NCBI GenBank assembly: GCA_050575255.1
Contig: JBNZDD010013678.1
Coordinates: 4,420,690 to 4,484,689 of the forward strand
Length of the DNA stretch: 64,000 nucleotides
DNA from: Harriotta raleighana
Lineage: Eukaryota
Direction: 5' to 3'
Shown in pieces: positions 38,301 to 49,200 of the stretch. The notes below the pieces were generated by a model. It worked only from the letters and a program-made list of their open reading frames with translations. It searched no databases and was not told where the DNA came from. A program made the translations under genes and the position numbers. Numbering within the stretch: position 1 is the stretch's first letter; every line of letters begins with the position of its first letter.

Positions 38301-40077
38301 AGGGAGCAGTGAATGTACTTTAAATGGAGCATCTTAGATGATTCTGAGTCAATTGGTGCTAAGTCTTTGGTGAGTGAAGTGAACATTTTGCCGTAGCAAA
38401 GGATAATGGAGTTGAAGCAACAATCAATCACTGACTGTGCACCCACGTCTCCTTAAAGCTTCTTGGAGCGTGATGTTGACGCTGGGCAGTTGAATTATAT
38501 GGCAGATACCTTGCTTTTGGAAATGTTGCCTCTTCTGGAGTTATTGTGTTCTCATGTCAGGTATTTATAGATGTGTTTACGTGTCCTCACATTATTCCCT
38601 ATTACACCACTAATTCATTTCCATTTTATCTTTCTGGAGCATAATTATTGAAATAGGCTTCAGTTGGAGGACATTAGTGAAACTACTGTTATCAGGCATA
38701 TTATATTTGGTCATTTTAACAACTGTGATACTACAGTAATAATAATCATAGAGAGGAAGCTGTTAGCCCCTGTTGTCTGCAGATTTACATTGATGCAAAT
38801 GTGTGAACTGTATTTGTGTTTAAGATATGAATGGGTGTAAAGATATAAGGTTAGCACCATCTAGTGAAAAATATCATGGATTGAAGCTTCTTTGGTAGAA
38901 TGCCCAGCAGAAAGAAACATGGGTTCTTCGTTTAGTATGTCAGGGACTATTAACTTAATATGCAATGACTCCTAAGCCAGCTGAGTTCATTTTTAAAAAA
39001 CGTTAAGCTTAAACATATATGGCACACTATTTACTTATTTAGATAGTCGTAGCTTTGCTTTATTGCTTTATTTGTTCGAATAAGTAAATACAACAACAAC
39101 AAAATTACATTTATAGAGCGCCTTTCACGTCGGGAGGCACAAAATACCTATTTTTCTGTCCTTTTAAATGTAAATAATGCAATTTCATTGGCAATTAGAC
39201 ACAGCTCATTGAAATTTAAGTCCAACTTTTATTTTAACTACATAAAGAACTTAATGAATTTTTTAGAAATTGAAATATATCACTGAATTTTATGCTTTAC
39301 CTCGAATATTTAATTGTTGGAACGTAATTTCCTTGTTGTGAGATGGCACGGGTAATTGGAAGTGGCCATTTGAATTATCCATTTTCTACTGTAAATTTGT
39401 GTCTTTTTATTTTTTACACAATAACTTAGCTATCAGCATGACTGGTATCCCATATTCCAGAGTGCAAGAAGCTCCAATATCCCCAAATTTCCCTTAATTT
39501 CTAGTTGTCAGGTGCTTTCCCTGCCTTTGGTCACCTTTCTACCCTTGCCCAAATGTAATTTCTTCAGAAGGCAGGGATAGCATCCTACAATTAGAAAATA
39601 AGGGGGACAAACACGCACATCTGCCAGTATTGTATTTATGCTCCCAGCAGGCAGGTAGGACTTTGGGTTGTCATTCTCAGCTTCTATTAGAAGGGAAATT
39701 GTGTCCCAGGTACCCTTGTTGAATTAAGTTTTAATGAACATAACTCTTATTATCTGTTGCTGTGTTTTTGCCCAGATGGAAAGTTGGCAGATATTTCCAC
39801 GAACTCAGACCCTTATTTGGAGGATTTGGTTGCTGACTATTACGAAAAAGCTACAAGCATGACTGATATTTCCACTATCTACCTCAGTGAGAGTGCACAC
39901 ACGCGGGTAAATCTACTCAACCATAATATCTCCAAAGGCCCCTGTGTTCTCTGTGGCATGGGCAGTTCACGGAGAGAGACTGTATATGGATGCCTTGAGT
40001 GTTCATTCAATGGACAGAAATATGTGAGACTGCATGTGGTACCATGTTTTGATTTGTGGCACAAAAGAGTAAAATGA
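35091..40077 (+). CDS. PJVK: Pejvakin (gasdermin family, DFNB59), 369 aa. join(35091..35301,35846..36038,36400..36541,36837..36954,37596..37739,39776..40077)
   Basis: Starts [29 protein letters not shown] (gasdermin N-terminus); six exons total 1110 nt in frame; C-terminal CxxC...CxxC...[14 protein letters not shown]. Confidence 0.96.
35846..36038 (+). CDS. PJVK: PJVK coding exon 2 ([14 protein letters not shown])
   Basis: tatag|GCA...TAG|gtaatt. Confidence 0.94.
36400..36541 (+). CDS. PJVK: PJVK coding exon 3 ([13 protein letters not shown])
   Basis: cttag|AAA...CGG|gtaaat. Confidence 0.94.
36837..36954 (+). CDS. PJVK: PJVK coding exon 4 ([22 protein letters not shown])
   Basis: gctag|TTT...TTG|gtaagt. 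Confidence 0.93.
37207..37400 (-). mobile_element. SINE/L2-tail fragment
   Basis: Reverse of tail (GGATGTCCCAAGGC) and of core (GGCAGCCAAATTGCGCACAGCAGTGTCCCAC). Confidence 0.7.
37596..37739 (+). CDS. PJVK: PJVK coding exon 5 ([14 protein letters not shown])
   Basis: caaag|ATC...CAG|gtatat. Confidence 0.88.
37868..38012 (-). mobile_element. SINE 3' part
   Basis: AATCCTTGCATTTGATATAGC...CAGCCAATTGTGCGC. Confidence 0.78.
39776..40077 (+). CDS. PJVK: PJVK last coding exon (zinc-binding C-terminal domain)
   Basis: cccag|ATG...AAA TGA. Confidence 0.95.
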
Positions 40078-41205
40078 AACACGATGCAGATAGTTACTAT
40101 TAGTGATCCAGATATGCTGACACATCTATAAGACCACACTAATATTTTCAGGACAATACTTTTGAAAAATATGCGAGTTGTATATTAATCAGTTCTGAAA
40201 CAGTATTAGAGTAATTAAAAAAAAGTTATTGGGCGTTTATCGAATGAGAAAACATTGCTAAAAAACTGTAGAGCTGTTCTTGCCTGGTAGAAACTAATTA
40301 AATCGCACAGGATAAGTGTGTCAGAGTAACACTATACACAGTTCTGTAGCTACTGTAGTTTACTTCCAGTAACAGTTACATAATATATGATTTCTCTCCC
40401 ATTATTGCCTTCTCAGAGGTTCTGTTTATGTATTCATGTTTTGCACCATTGCTTTCTTGTTATGTAACATACAATAACATTCTCATTTTTGTAGAGGTAG
40501 TTGAGTGCAATGAGTATCAAAAGTTTATTTGAATTTTTTTTAAGTTACAGATTTAGTGAGCTTCAAGTTGTTATGCATGAACAAATACTGGATACAACAT
40601 TATTCTCTATTTTGTGAAGCCTAATTAAAATATTATCTGTGTTCCATGTATTTGCGTTATTTTGTTATACATAGGTATTAAAGTGAGTCATATTTTGCCA
40701 GCATTGAAATAATTGAATTAATTAATTAACACATCAGCTTCAATAATCTTGATCTGGAATAATTTCTCCTTTCCGCGAATTAATATCATAGAGACTAGAA
40801 GAGAGAAATCAGATCAGGAATATATTATCGATGTTCATTTGAACTAACCCTGAATAGGATCTGTTTAAAAGTTTACCTCCATGAAGTTCACACCAACTGG
40901 AAATAACTACAGTGGAAAGTGCTGTGAATGAAAGAAATTTAGAACATTTATTTGAGTGGTCAAAGTACAATGCAAAAGTTAAAAATGCTCCCAAACTTTC
41001 ATTTCAATCGCATTGTTTTAGATTCCATCATACAATACACTTCAAAAATTCTGTATGTCAAAAAAAGGCTTAAATATTCAAAAAGGTTCATTGTGCCATT
41101 CTGTAGTACCACAGGAAATGTAATAAAATAAGCATACATAGTCATGTAATCACACGATCTATGTATTTCAGATCGTAGAAAAAGATTATGATAGAGGTCA
41201 AAGTG

Positions 41206-41370
41206 CTACAGCTCATCGTGATGATAAATGTTATATTCTCTGGCAGAAATGAAACCATCTCCATCATGATCATTTCTTTGCAGTATATCAGCCAACACGA
41301 GTTCACTGTAGGTAGAATCTTCACGCTTTTTTTCATCATTCTTTAATTCATTCTGCAAGTATACCTTCAG
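41206..41370 (-). CDS. FKBP7: FKBP7 exon 4 (EF-hand 2, HDEL*)
   Basis: tctag|CTG...GAG CTG TAG. Confidence 0.94.
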   Translation of the reverse strand: MKVYLQNELKNDEKKREDSTYSELVLADILQRNDHDGDGFISAREYNIYHHDEL

Positions 41371-44300
41371 CTAGAATAAAAAAAGAAACTTTAAATATAT
41401 TTAAAGAAGCAAAATTAGTTTGATATTTGATCAAAATGGAAAACATGCAGATTGCAGCCTGAGAAACAGGCGAAAGTTGAGTACCCGAGCATAATTCTGA
41501 ACCAACCAATAATAAATCTCTTATGTTATTCTCAGGATTTAGATGCCTAATGTCTTTCTTTATGTTTATTTCTCATCCACTTAAGCTTGTTATTTATGTT
41601 TACTATAGGACCTCAACCACATGTTGTTAGAGCCTGCCCATCAATATTAGTGAGCATTTGGATTGGGTGGGGGAAAGTGAATGAATGCTATATAATGTTC
41701 AATTCATCCAGATGTGCACTTTCTAGTTTTAGAAAAAGGAAATATCATGCCTATCTTTCCTACAAAGAAAATAAATTTCTGTATACTAGATATAAATTAT
41801 ATGTTATATCAAATTATATATATGTGTATAGATATAGAGGGAGACACACAATATAAACACACAATACAAAATTAGTTATATAGCACTTTTCACGGTAGGA
41901 TGACATCCAAAGTTTATGGGACGCACACATATACAATTCATTGTAAAAACTGTTGTAGTACCTCATCTGAGGAAAGCTTTCGATCATTGTTCGAGTCGAT
42001 GACACGAAAGGCTTCCGGACTCCGTGGTCCTCGTTCCACTTTATAAAGCTCAACGTCAAATATTAGAGTTGCATCAGGAGGAACTTTATCTGTATGAACG
42101 TGAATCATATAATGTGTAAAATTTTTTTAAAAGTTCCTCTCTGCTTTCCCTTTAGAAATTCCTATTACTGCTATCTAAAATATGCTTCCTCCTTCATCCA
42201 GGAAGGTTTAAAAACGAGATCTAATACTGCGCAGTGGATAGGATGATTTGATTTGAGGTTTTTCTGCCAAGATTGACTGAGAGCAAAATAAAACCACTCA
42301 TGGAATTTAATCTTGTATTCCCCACTGTTATCGAATGATCCATTTCTATAACTTCTGAACTATCCCTCACACTAAATACAAAAACTCACCGATTATATCT
42401 TTATTTTGAGGTATAATAGGCTACTCAGCTAAAATCTGAGCCACATGCTGAAAGATTTAACATCTGTTTCAATATTTTATAAAGGTGGTTATCCTAAGAG
42501 TGTTCAAATATACATACCGTTTAACCAAATTAACCCATGCATTATACTCTGCCTCTATATCTAGAGTGCAGCAGAGGCAATCTTTCTCAGCATGCATGAC
42601 TGTTCTTATTGGATAGGATGGACGTCAGAACTTCTCTCCCAAGAACTGCACAGAATTTTAAGTAATAGTTAAAGTGAGACATTACCAGCTTTTTAAAGCA
42701 GTGATTGTACTGTATTACATGCATCTGAACCATCCCAGAACATTAATTTAGCATGTGTACATATATTTTACATAAGTACAGTTAACATGCAAAAAAACAC
42801 AACCAATTTCACATCGCATAAAAGTTAATAGCTTATAATATTTGTTCAATGTTTATGCTTTTATGTTATGTTCCAAGGGTTAACTAACAAATATGTTAAA
42901 TTATGGTTATATTGCATAGCATGCAAAAATAACTCCTGGACAATTTAGAAACTCATTCATATAACAGATGTCTCATGGACTTAATTGCCATTGCATGTAT
43001 ATATATTAGAAATATATATTTTTTAAAACAAGTGCAGAATTGGGACTCAAGAATCTTCCTGATGAACTCTTAACACCCAATTCTCCATCTTGTACTGTTT
43101 GCAGAGAAACACCCCCAAATGAGTCATTTATATCAGCTCACTGAATTTATGACACCAACTAAAAAAAAGGATGGTCCCAATAGATTGAGTACTGTTTTGA
43201 GTGTGGGTTCATTACTATTATTCCAAATCCTGGGTTCCAGAGCTGGATAAAGCACTTCCCATGCTAAATATTATTCTTGGTCATCAGGTTGCCTTTGATG
43301 TCACTTCCTGGATAAACTTCAGTGATGACCGGTTGACCATGAAATTCACCATGTTTTCATGTTTTGTTATAATGTAGCCTGAGATCTTCAATCAGGATGA
43401 CCACAATGTAAAATTATCCTGAACTTGCAAATAGTAAAAGAGCAGAAATAAAGTTAGATGACGCATTTCGGTGTTTTCAATCAGTTATATCAAAGATTCC
43501 CTCATTAACTGAGAAGTTTTAGATTTACCTCTCCCCATTTTTCCATAAGCCAGCATAGGAGGTACAGTCAGTTTTCGTTTTTCTCCTTCACACATATCAA
43601 GCATACCAACATCCAACCCTTTGATCACTTGCCCAACACCAAGAACAAACCATTTAGGTTGGCCTTGATTTTCGACACGACTGTGGAGAAGTAAAAATTT
43701 GGTTGATTACATGTGAGTTGTGAACACTTCAATGGAACTATCAATTTACATAATGACAGACTACCGTGCTGTTTGTGCCTCATTTTGTGCTGTAAATTCA
43801 AAGATTCAATTCTACTGCGTTATAGAGAATCAGATAAACGGGATTATGTTTTTCCACAATATGCATATAATATTTTAAATACAATGACTTCACTGAAAAT
43901 AGGACTTAAAGAAAGCTATCAGTATTATTGCGCATTTTAATTTGTTTTCTAAAATGCATTTTAGACATTTAAGTCTGCATTCCAAGTATACGAGTGATTA
44001 CATGTGAACCAGAGATTAAAATAGGAAATATGCTTGATTCTGAAACTCAGCATGAATACCAACATCCAGCAGTTTTATCAGTTGAATAATTGTTTAAAAA
44101 TTCTATGCATCGTCTAATAGTTCAGTGGAAGTAATTTGAAGTATTCAATTTATTAAAGTCTCGTGGCATGAAACAGCATGGTGTTGAGCATGATGGAAAG
44201 AACTAATTTCTACTTGGTGCTTTACCAAGAAGAACAGCAGAGGATTTGGTAGATAGAGTTAGTCAAGGCAAAACAACAACTTGCATTGATATAGTGCCCT

Positions 44301-45472
44301 GCAGGCAGGGTAGCGTCCTGGAGCACTTAAAAAAGCCACTGAGGAAGCAATTTCAGGATCATGTGGTAAGAAACTAAGTTTGAGTTACTAAGTAAGCTGT
44401 TAAAATCCAGAAGGGTTAATCATACAGAGAATCTGGGAATGTTCGGGGAGTGGCATCTCCTCATCGCTATGAGAAAGGAATTTAATGTCTGGCGCTGGCC
44501 GTCTCTGGGCAATTATTACAAGCAGATCCTGGGACTCCTTCAAGGAGGGATGTAGCACTTTGAAGGCCATTCACGGCCTTCCCGATGTCTCTCTGACCTG
44601 CTAACTGCCTACCAACCTGCCCGCACCCTCCGTTTAACAGGCTCCAGCCTGCTCCATGTCCCCCCCGACCAGCCCTATCATCGGCGGACGGGCTTCCAAC
44701 CTTTCTTCCCCCACTCTCTGGGACTCCATCCCACAATCCCTTCACTTCGCTTAATTTCCTTGCCTCCTTCAAAGCTGGCCTCAAGACCTTTCTCTTCGAA
44801 CCATGCCTTCTCCTGCCCTCCCAACTCTCTCCCTCCCCTTCCCCCTACCCTGCCCCTTCTCATTGCTCAGGTCCCGTTCTGACTGTTCAGCGCTTTGGGA
44901 CATGCCCCCCGACGTGAAAGGCGCTCTATAAATGTCATTTTGTTGGTGTTGTAGCAGGCAGTCATCTCTGAAGTAAAATAAGAGTCAGTTGACGCTGGAA
45001 ATTAAAGAACATTCTTAGCATGAATGCTACACACAAAAAAATTACAAGAATTTTAATAAATTGCTACTCTCCCCCCCCCCCCCCTTACCCCCCACAAGTG
45101 TTTTACATGTGTTAGGTCAGCATTTCTGCAACAACAACAACAACAACAACAAAAAGTGTTTAAAAGTGTAGTGCATGAAAACAAAGACATGGATGTTTTT
45201 GAAAAGCAAAACACAGCATCATTCCCAATTGGGTGATGACAACAAATCAATTGTTTTTACCTGCAATAAATCTGTGTGCCATCTGTGGCCAGATATCCAT
45301 CGAAATGAGTGCTGAGCAGATCCCCCCGCTTGGCCCTCTGTCCACACCTTTCCGGCTTGTAGATGATCTCTATCTTCACACCGTTGGGGTCTTCTATCGC
45401 AGCCCTGACAGGGTTTAAGACCGAAAGAACCTGCGAGAGGAGAAGGACCAGAGCCCAGTGGTATCCCATCAT
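41206..45472 (-). CDS. FKBP7: FKBP-type peptidyl-prolyl isomerase 7 (ER, EF-hands), 218 aa. complement(join(41206..41370,41962..42089,43529..43680,45261..45472))
   Basis: Hydrophobic signal peptide; FKBP domain (WFVLGVGQVIKGLD, MCEGEKRKLTVPP, PPDATLIFDVEL); EF-hand loops DSNNDRKLSSDE and DHDGDGFISARE; C-terminal HDEL. Confidence 0.95.
41962..42089 (-). CDS. FKBP7: FKBP7 exon 3
   Basis: tacag|ATA...GAG|gtacta. Confidence 0.93.
43529..43680 (-). CDS. FKBP7: FKBP7 exon 2
   Basis: cacag|TCG...GAG|gtaaat, 152 nt. Confidence 0.94.
44570..44952 (+). mobile_element. L2 LINE 3' end fragment
   Basis: Same family; GCGCTTTGGGACAT...GTGAAAGGCGCTCTATAAATG and TTG tail. Confidence 0.8.
45261..45472 (-). 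CDS. FKBP7: FKBP7 exon 1
   Basis: MMGYHWALVLLL...DGTQIYC; donor CAG|gtaaaa (start could be 45472 or 45469). Confidence 0.9.
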
Positions 45473-45479
45473 CTCAGGT

Positions 45480-46211
45480 GTCAGCTCTGACAATGACAAT
45501 GTGTCTCTTTTCTCCCCCCCGTCCCCAGCCTCCCCCCCCCACTCCCACCACTCGCTGCAAAAAGGAACAAGTTCTGCAGGGTGACAGCGAGCTGAGTCCG
45601 CGCACACACGCGCACTTCCCAGGACTTCGGCTGGCTGCTCTCTGAACACGTGGCACTTCAGGCAGACCCGGACACGTCACTGCACCACAACGCACTTCAA
45701 GCAAGCCCCGCCTTCCTCCTCTTCTACCATTGGATACCAGTGCCTGCAAACCACTCGCCCCGCCCCCCCCCCATCCCCCCGGCACACGTTGTGGCTAGCG
45801 ATTGGCTGAGCGGGCACTGGGCGTGGCGTAGTGTCCCAACCCGCGCCCCCGCAAACCGCGTGACGGGCGGAGGCGGATCGCGGACCGACAAGCCGTACGA
45901 TTGGTGGATTAACTGATTGACGGGTCTGCCCCCCACGCTTTCCCCCTGCGTACGCAACTTCCGGAAGGACTCGGCGTCACGGTGACGGGGTTCGAGTCCC
46001 TCCCTCTCTCCCTCCTTCCTGTGACTGTTTCCCAGGCCTGGACAGAGCAGTTCAGTTTAGGCCGTAGCCCGGCTCTGAGCTGCCCTGCCCGGTGATGAGG
46101 CTTCGGCCACCGCTCGCTCCACTCCGCCACCACCTCCACGGCTGCCTTTGTTGCTGTTGTTGCGTCGAGCGTGTCCTGCGGTGAGAGGGCGGAAAACAAG
46201 AGCATGCGAAG
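45480..46211. promoter_or_regulatory. CpG-rich bidirectional promoter of FKBP7 (-) and PLEKHA3 (+)
   Basis: Head-to-head ATGs about 740 bp apart; inverted CCAAT boxes (ATTGG at about 45801 and 45900); GGGCGG box; NRF1-like TGCGTACGCA 45947-45956; palindromic ETS site CTTCCGGAAG 45958-45967. Confidence 0.8.
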
Positions 46212-46251
46212 ATGGAAGGGATTCTGTACAAGTGGACCAATTACCTGACCG
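46212..46251 (+). CDS. PLEKHA3: PLEKHA3 exon 1
   Basis: aagATGG...CCG|gtaact. Confidence 0.93.
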
Positions 46252-49200
46252 GTAACTACCCGGGGGGGAGGTGGGTGGTGAGGGCATCTGGAGGGGTGGT
46301 CAGGGGGTATGTGGGGGGGTGGTCGGGGGGTATGTGGGGGGGTGGTCGGTGGGTATGTGGGGGCTCAGGGGTATGTGGGGGAGGTGGAGCAAGGATGTGG
46401 TGGGGGGAGAGAGTCAGAATTGTAGATGTCAGGGATGTGGGGGGTCAGGGATAAGGGAGCTGGTCAGGCATGGGGTGGGTGAGGGGTATACGGGGAGAGT
46501 CAAAGATATGGGGGTCTCGGGGGATCAGAGATAATAATAATAATAATAATAATCGTTGCATTCGATATACAGCAGTGCCCACTGAAGTCTTCAGGATGTC
46601 TCAAAGCTTCTTCACAGAATATACTGTGAAGTGAATTGACTGTATGTTCTTCTGTTCTCAACATTGAGGAGTTGTGACTCGCCGCTTCTTGTCTCACCAG
46701 ACTTCCGTCTTCCCCAGCCTCTCTTTTCTTTCCCCCCCCCCAAAAAAAAAAAGGGTCTGCTTTTGAGCTGCGTGATTGCAGAAGTTCAATAGCTCTTCGT
46801 GTGTTTAAATTGAGAAATGGCTGCAAACTTAATACACCATTCTTTCATTGATGACTGAGCTGTCCATTGATACAGAGAGTAGGTGTGTGGTTATATCTTT
46901 ATTGGAGTCAATTACAGAGGTATGGGGAAAAGGCAGGAAATCGGTACTGAAAGGATTGCTCTTAAAGTCGTCAGGACAGACGCAATGGTCTGAATGTGCC
47001 ATAAATTGCTATGGTTCTGTGAGCCTAAGACCAGAAAGGTATCGTTTTCAATTCTTTCCCTGTGTTTGAGTTAGATGAATGTGATACTGCAAGGTTGAAT
47101 GTGATTTTGGAGGAATTGAATTGGATNTCCTAGTTATGACAGTACTGCAAGGTTGAATGTGATTTTGGAGGAATTGAATTGGATTTCGTATGATAGCTCT
47201 TTAGTGTTGNATGTGATACTGCAAGGTTGAATGTGATTTTGGAGGAATTGAATTGGATTTCGTATGATAGCTCTTTAGTGTTGAGTAACCAGCTAACACT
47301 TGCTGAAAATGATCACTTGAATGAAACATCAGAGGAATACTGCTGTCAGTGGCATTTCGAAGCATGATTTGCTGTTTTTCAGACTTGTATGCTCGCCACT
47401 ATCAAGTGCTGACCTCGTGTTGAACAAAATGTTATGTCTATAATTAGGTTGATTTGTGATTCTGTAATAAATTTGTCTGAATGGTTACGTGAATTAAGCT
47501 TGTGAAGTTTAAACTGCAGTTTTGTCAGCTAATTGCTTAATTCTATATTATGTGCATAGAGGGCTTCAAATTGTTATATTTGTAAATTATCCTCTGACAG
47601 ATTGAATGAGACTCAGATGAATGTAGGACTTAGGCAATTGTATGATTTTTAAATGTAAAACTTATGTGAGTTTTACTGTATACCCTGTGAAGTGCTCTGA
47701 GACATCCTCCCAACTTGAAAGATGGTATATCAGATGTGAAGTATTTTGATCACTCTTGCCACTGGGTCAGTAAGAGTTGTGGATTTAAATCGTATGCTAG
47801 GGACCTTGACCACCTTATAATGCAGGGATTTCAAACTTTCTGGACACAAGATCCTCCACGGCATTAGGGATCCTAGTCCCTACCCAAAAAATTCATAGTA
47901 AAGTAGACCTTAACAATTGCAAACAATTTTTTTTTAAATTAAAGAACATAACAAGAGTAAAACTTACAATACTAATGTAGATACTTTGACTATTTTTCTC
48001 TCTTCCAGGTTGGCAACCCCGTTGGTTTGTTTTGGACAGTGGCATACTTTCATACTATGACTCTCAGGATAATGTTAACAAAGGCAGTAAAGGAAGTATC
48101 AAAATGTCTGTGTGTGAAATTAAAGGTTTGGAATAAACTATTTTCTCATGCCTCATCGAAAACTTAATTGACGATTAAATTATGTTTAGTACCATAACAT
48201 TTTTACCAGAAACCAAAAATTTGAAAAAGTATAATGTGACTTTACTATAATAATAATAATCCTTGCATTTTGTATTGTGCCTTATCACGTCTTCGAGACG
48301 TCTCAAAGTGCTTTACAAAATATAGTGTGAAATGAATTGGCTGTATACTTTGTAGGCTATTTGCACAATAGTATTTTACTCCAAATTAAGATCTGTAACT
48401 TTCTGCTAAAGTATCCTAACCTCATCTTGAAAACATTCAAAGCTCATTGAACCTTTAAAACTAAGTTTTTTCATTCTTTGCTTTTATCTTAACTTCAGTG
48501 CATTCGGCTGACAACACACGGATGGAGCTGATAATTCCCGGGGAGCAGCACTTCTATGTGAAATCAGTAAATGCTGCTGAAAGGCAGAGGTGGTTGGTAG
48601 CACTTGGGAGCTCAAAAGCTTGCTTAACCGATAGCAGAACTAAAAAGGAAAAGGGTAAATTTAGAATTCTAGATAGATCATGTGCATTTTGAATCTAAAA
48701 ACGGCCTATGATATTCTGTGTATGCGGTTCAATGTTTCTTTTGTGTCAGTTAAAACCTGCCTGAAATGTATAAGTTTCATAAGCACCCTATCTTTGCGAC
48801 CTCCTAACCCCCTACCAACTTGCTTGCTCCCTTTGCTCAGCGGTCTCCTGCCTGCTATATGTCCCCGACCCACTCGGCTCACCATTGGTGGGCGAGCCTT
48901 CAGCCACTCTGCCCCTAAATTCTGTNATTCCTAAATTCTGTACAGCCCGCAATTCCTCCATCTCGCCCCCTCCCTAATGTCCTTCAAGTCCCGCCTCAAG
49001 ACCCATCTCTGACGGTCCCAGCGATCACCTCAAATCCCCTCCTTTCCCTCCAACCTCCCCGATCCCGACCCCAGCTTGGGTCTGAAACATTGACTGTCCA
49101 GCACCTTGGGATGTCCTCCCAACATGAAAAGTGCAATGCAAATTTTGTTGTTTCGTTGTTGTAGTCGTTATAGGGTACTTGGTTTAGACTGTACACTTTT

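Noticed and set aside
47085-47283. Three copies of a ~42-bp repeat with spacers, superficially CRISPR-like
   Set aside because: Vertebrate intron, no cas genes, and Ns at 47127 and 47210 at the junctions. Smaller cases occur at N 21042 and N 48926.
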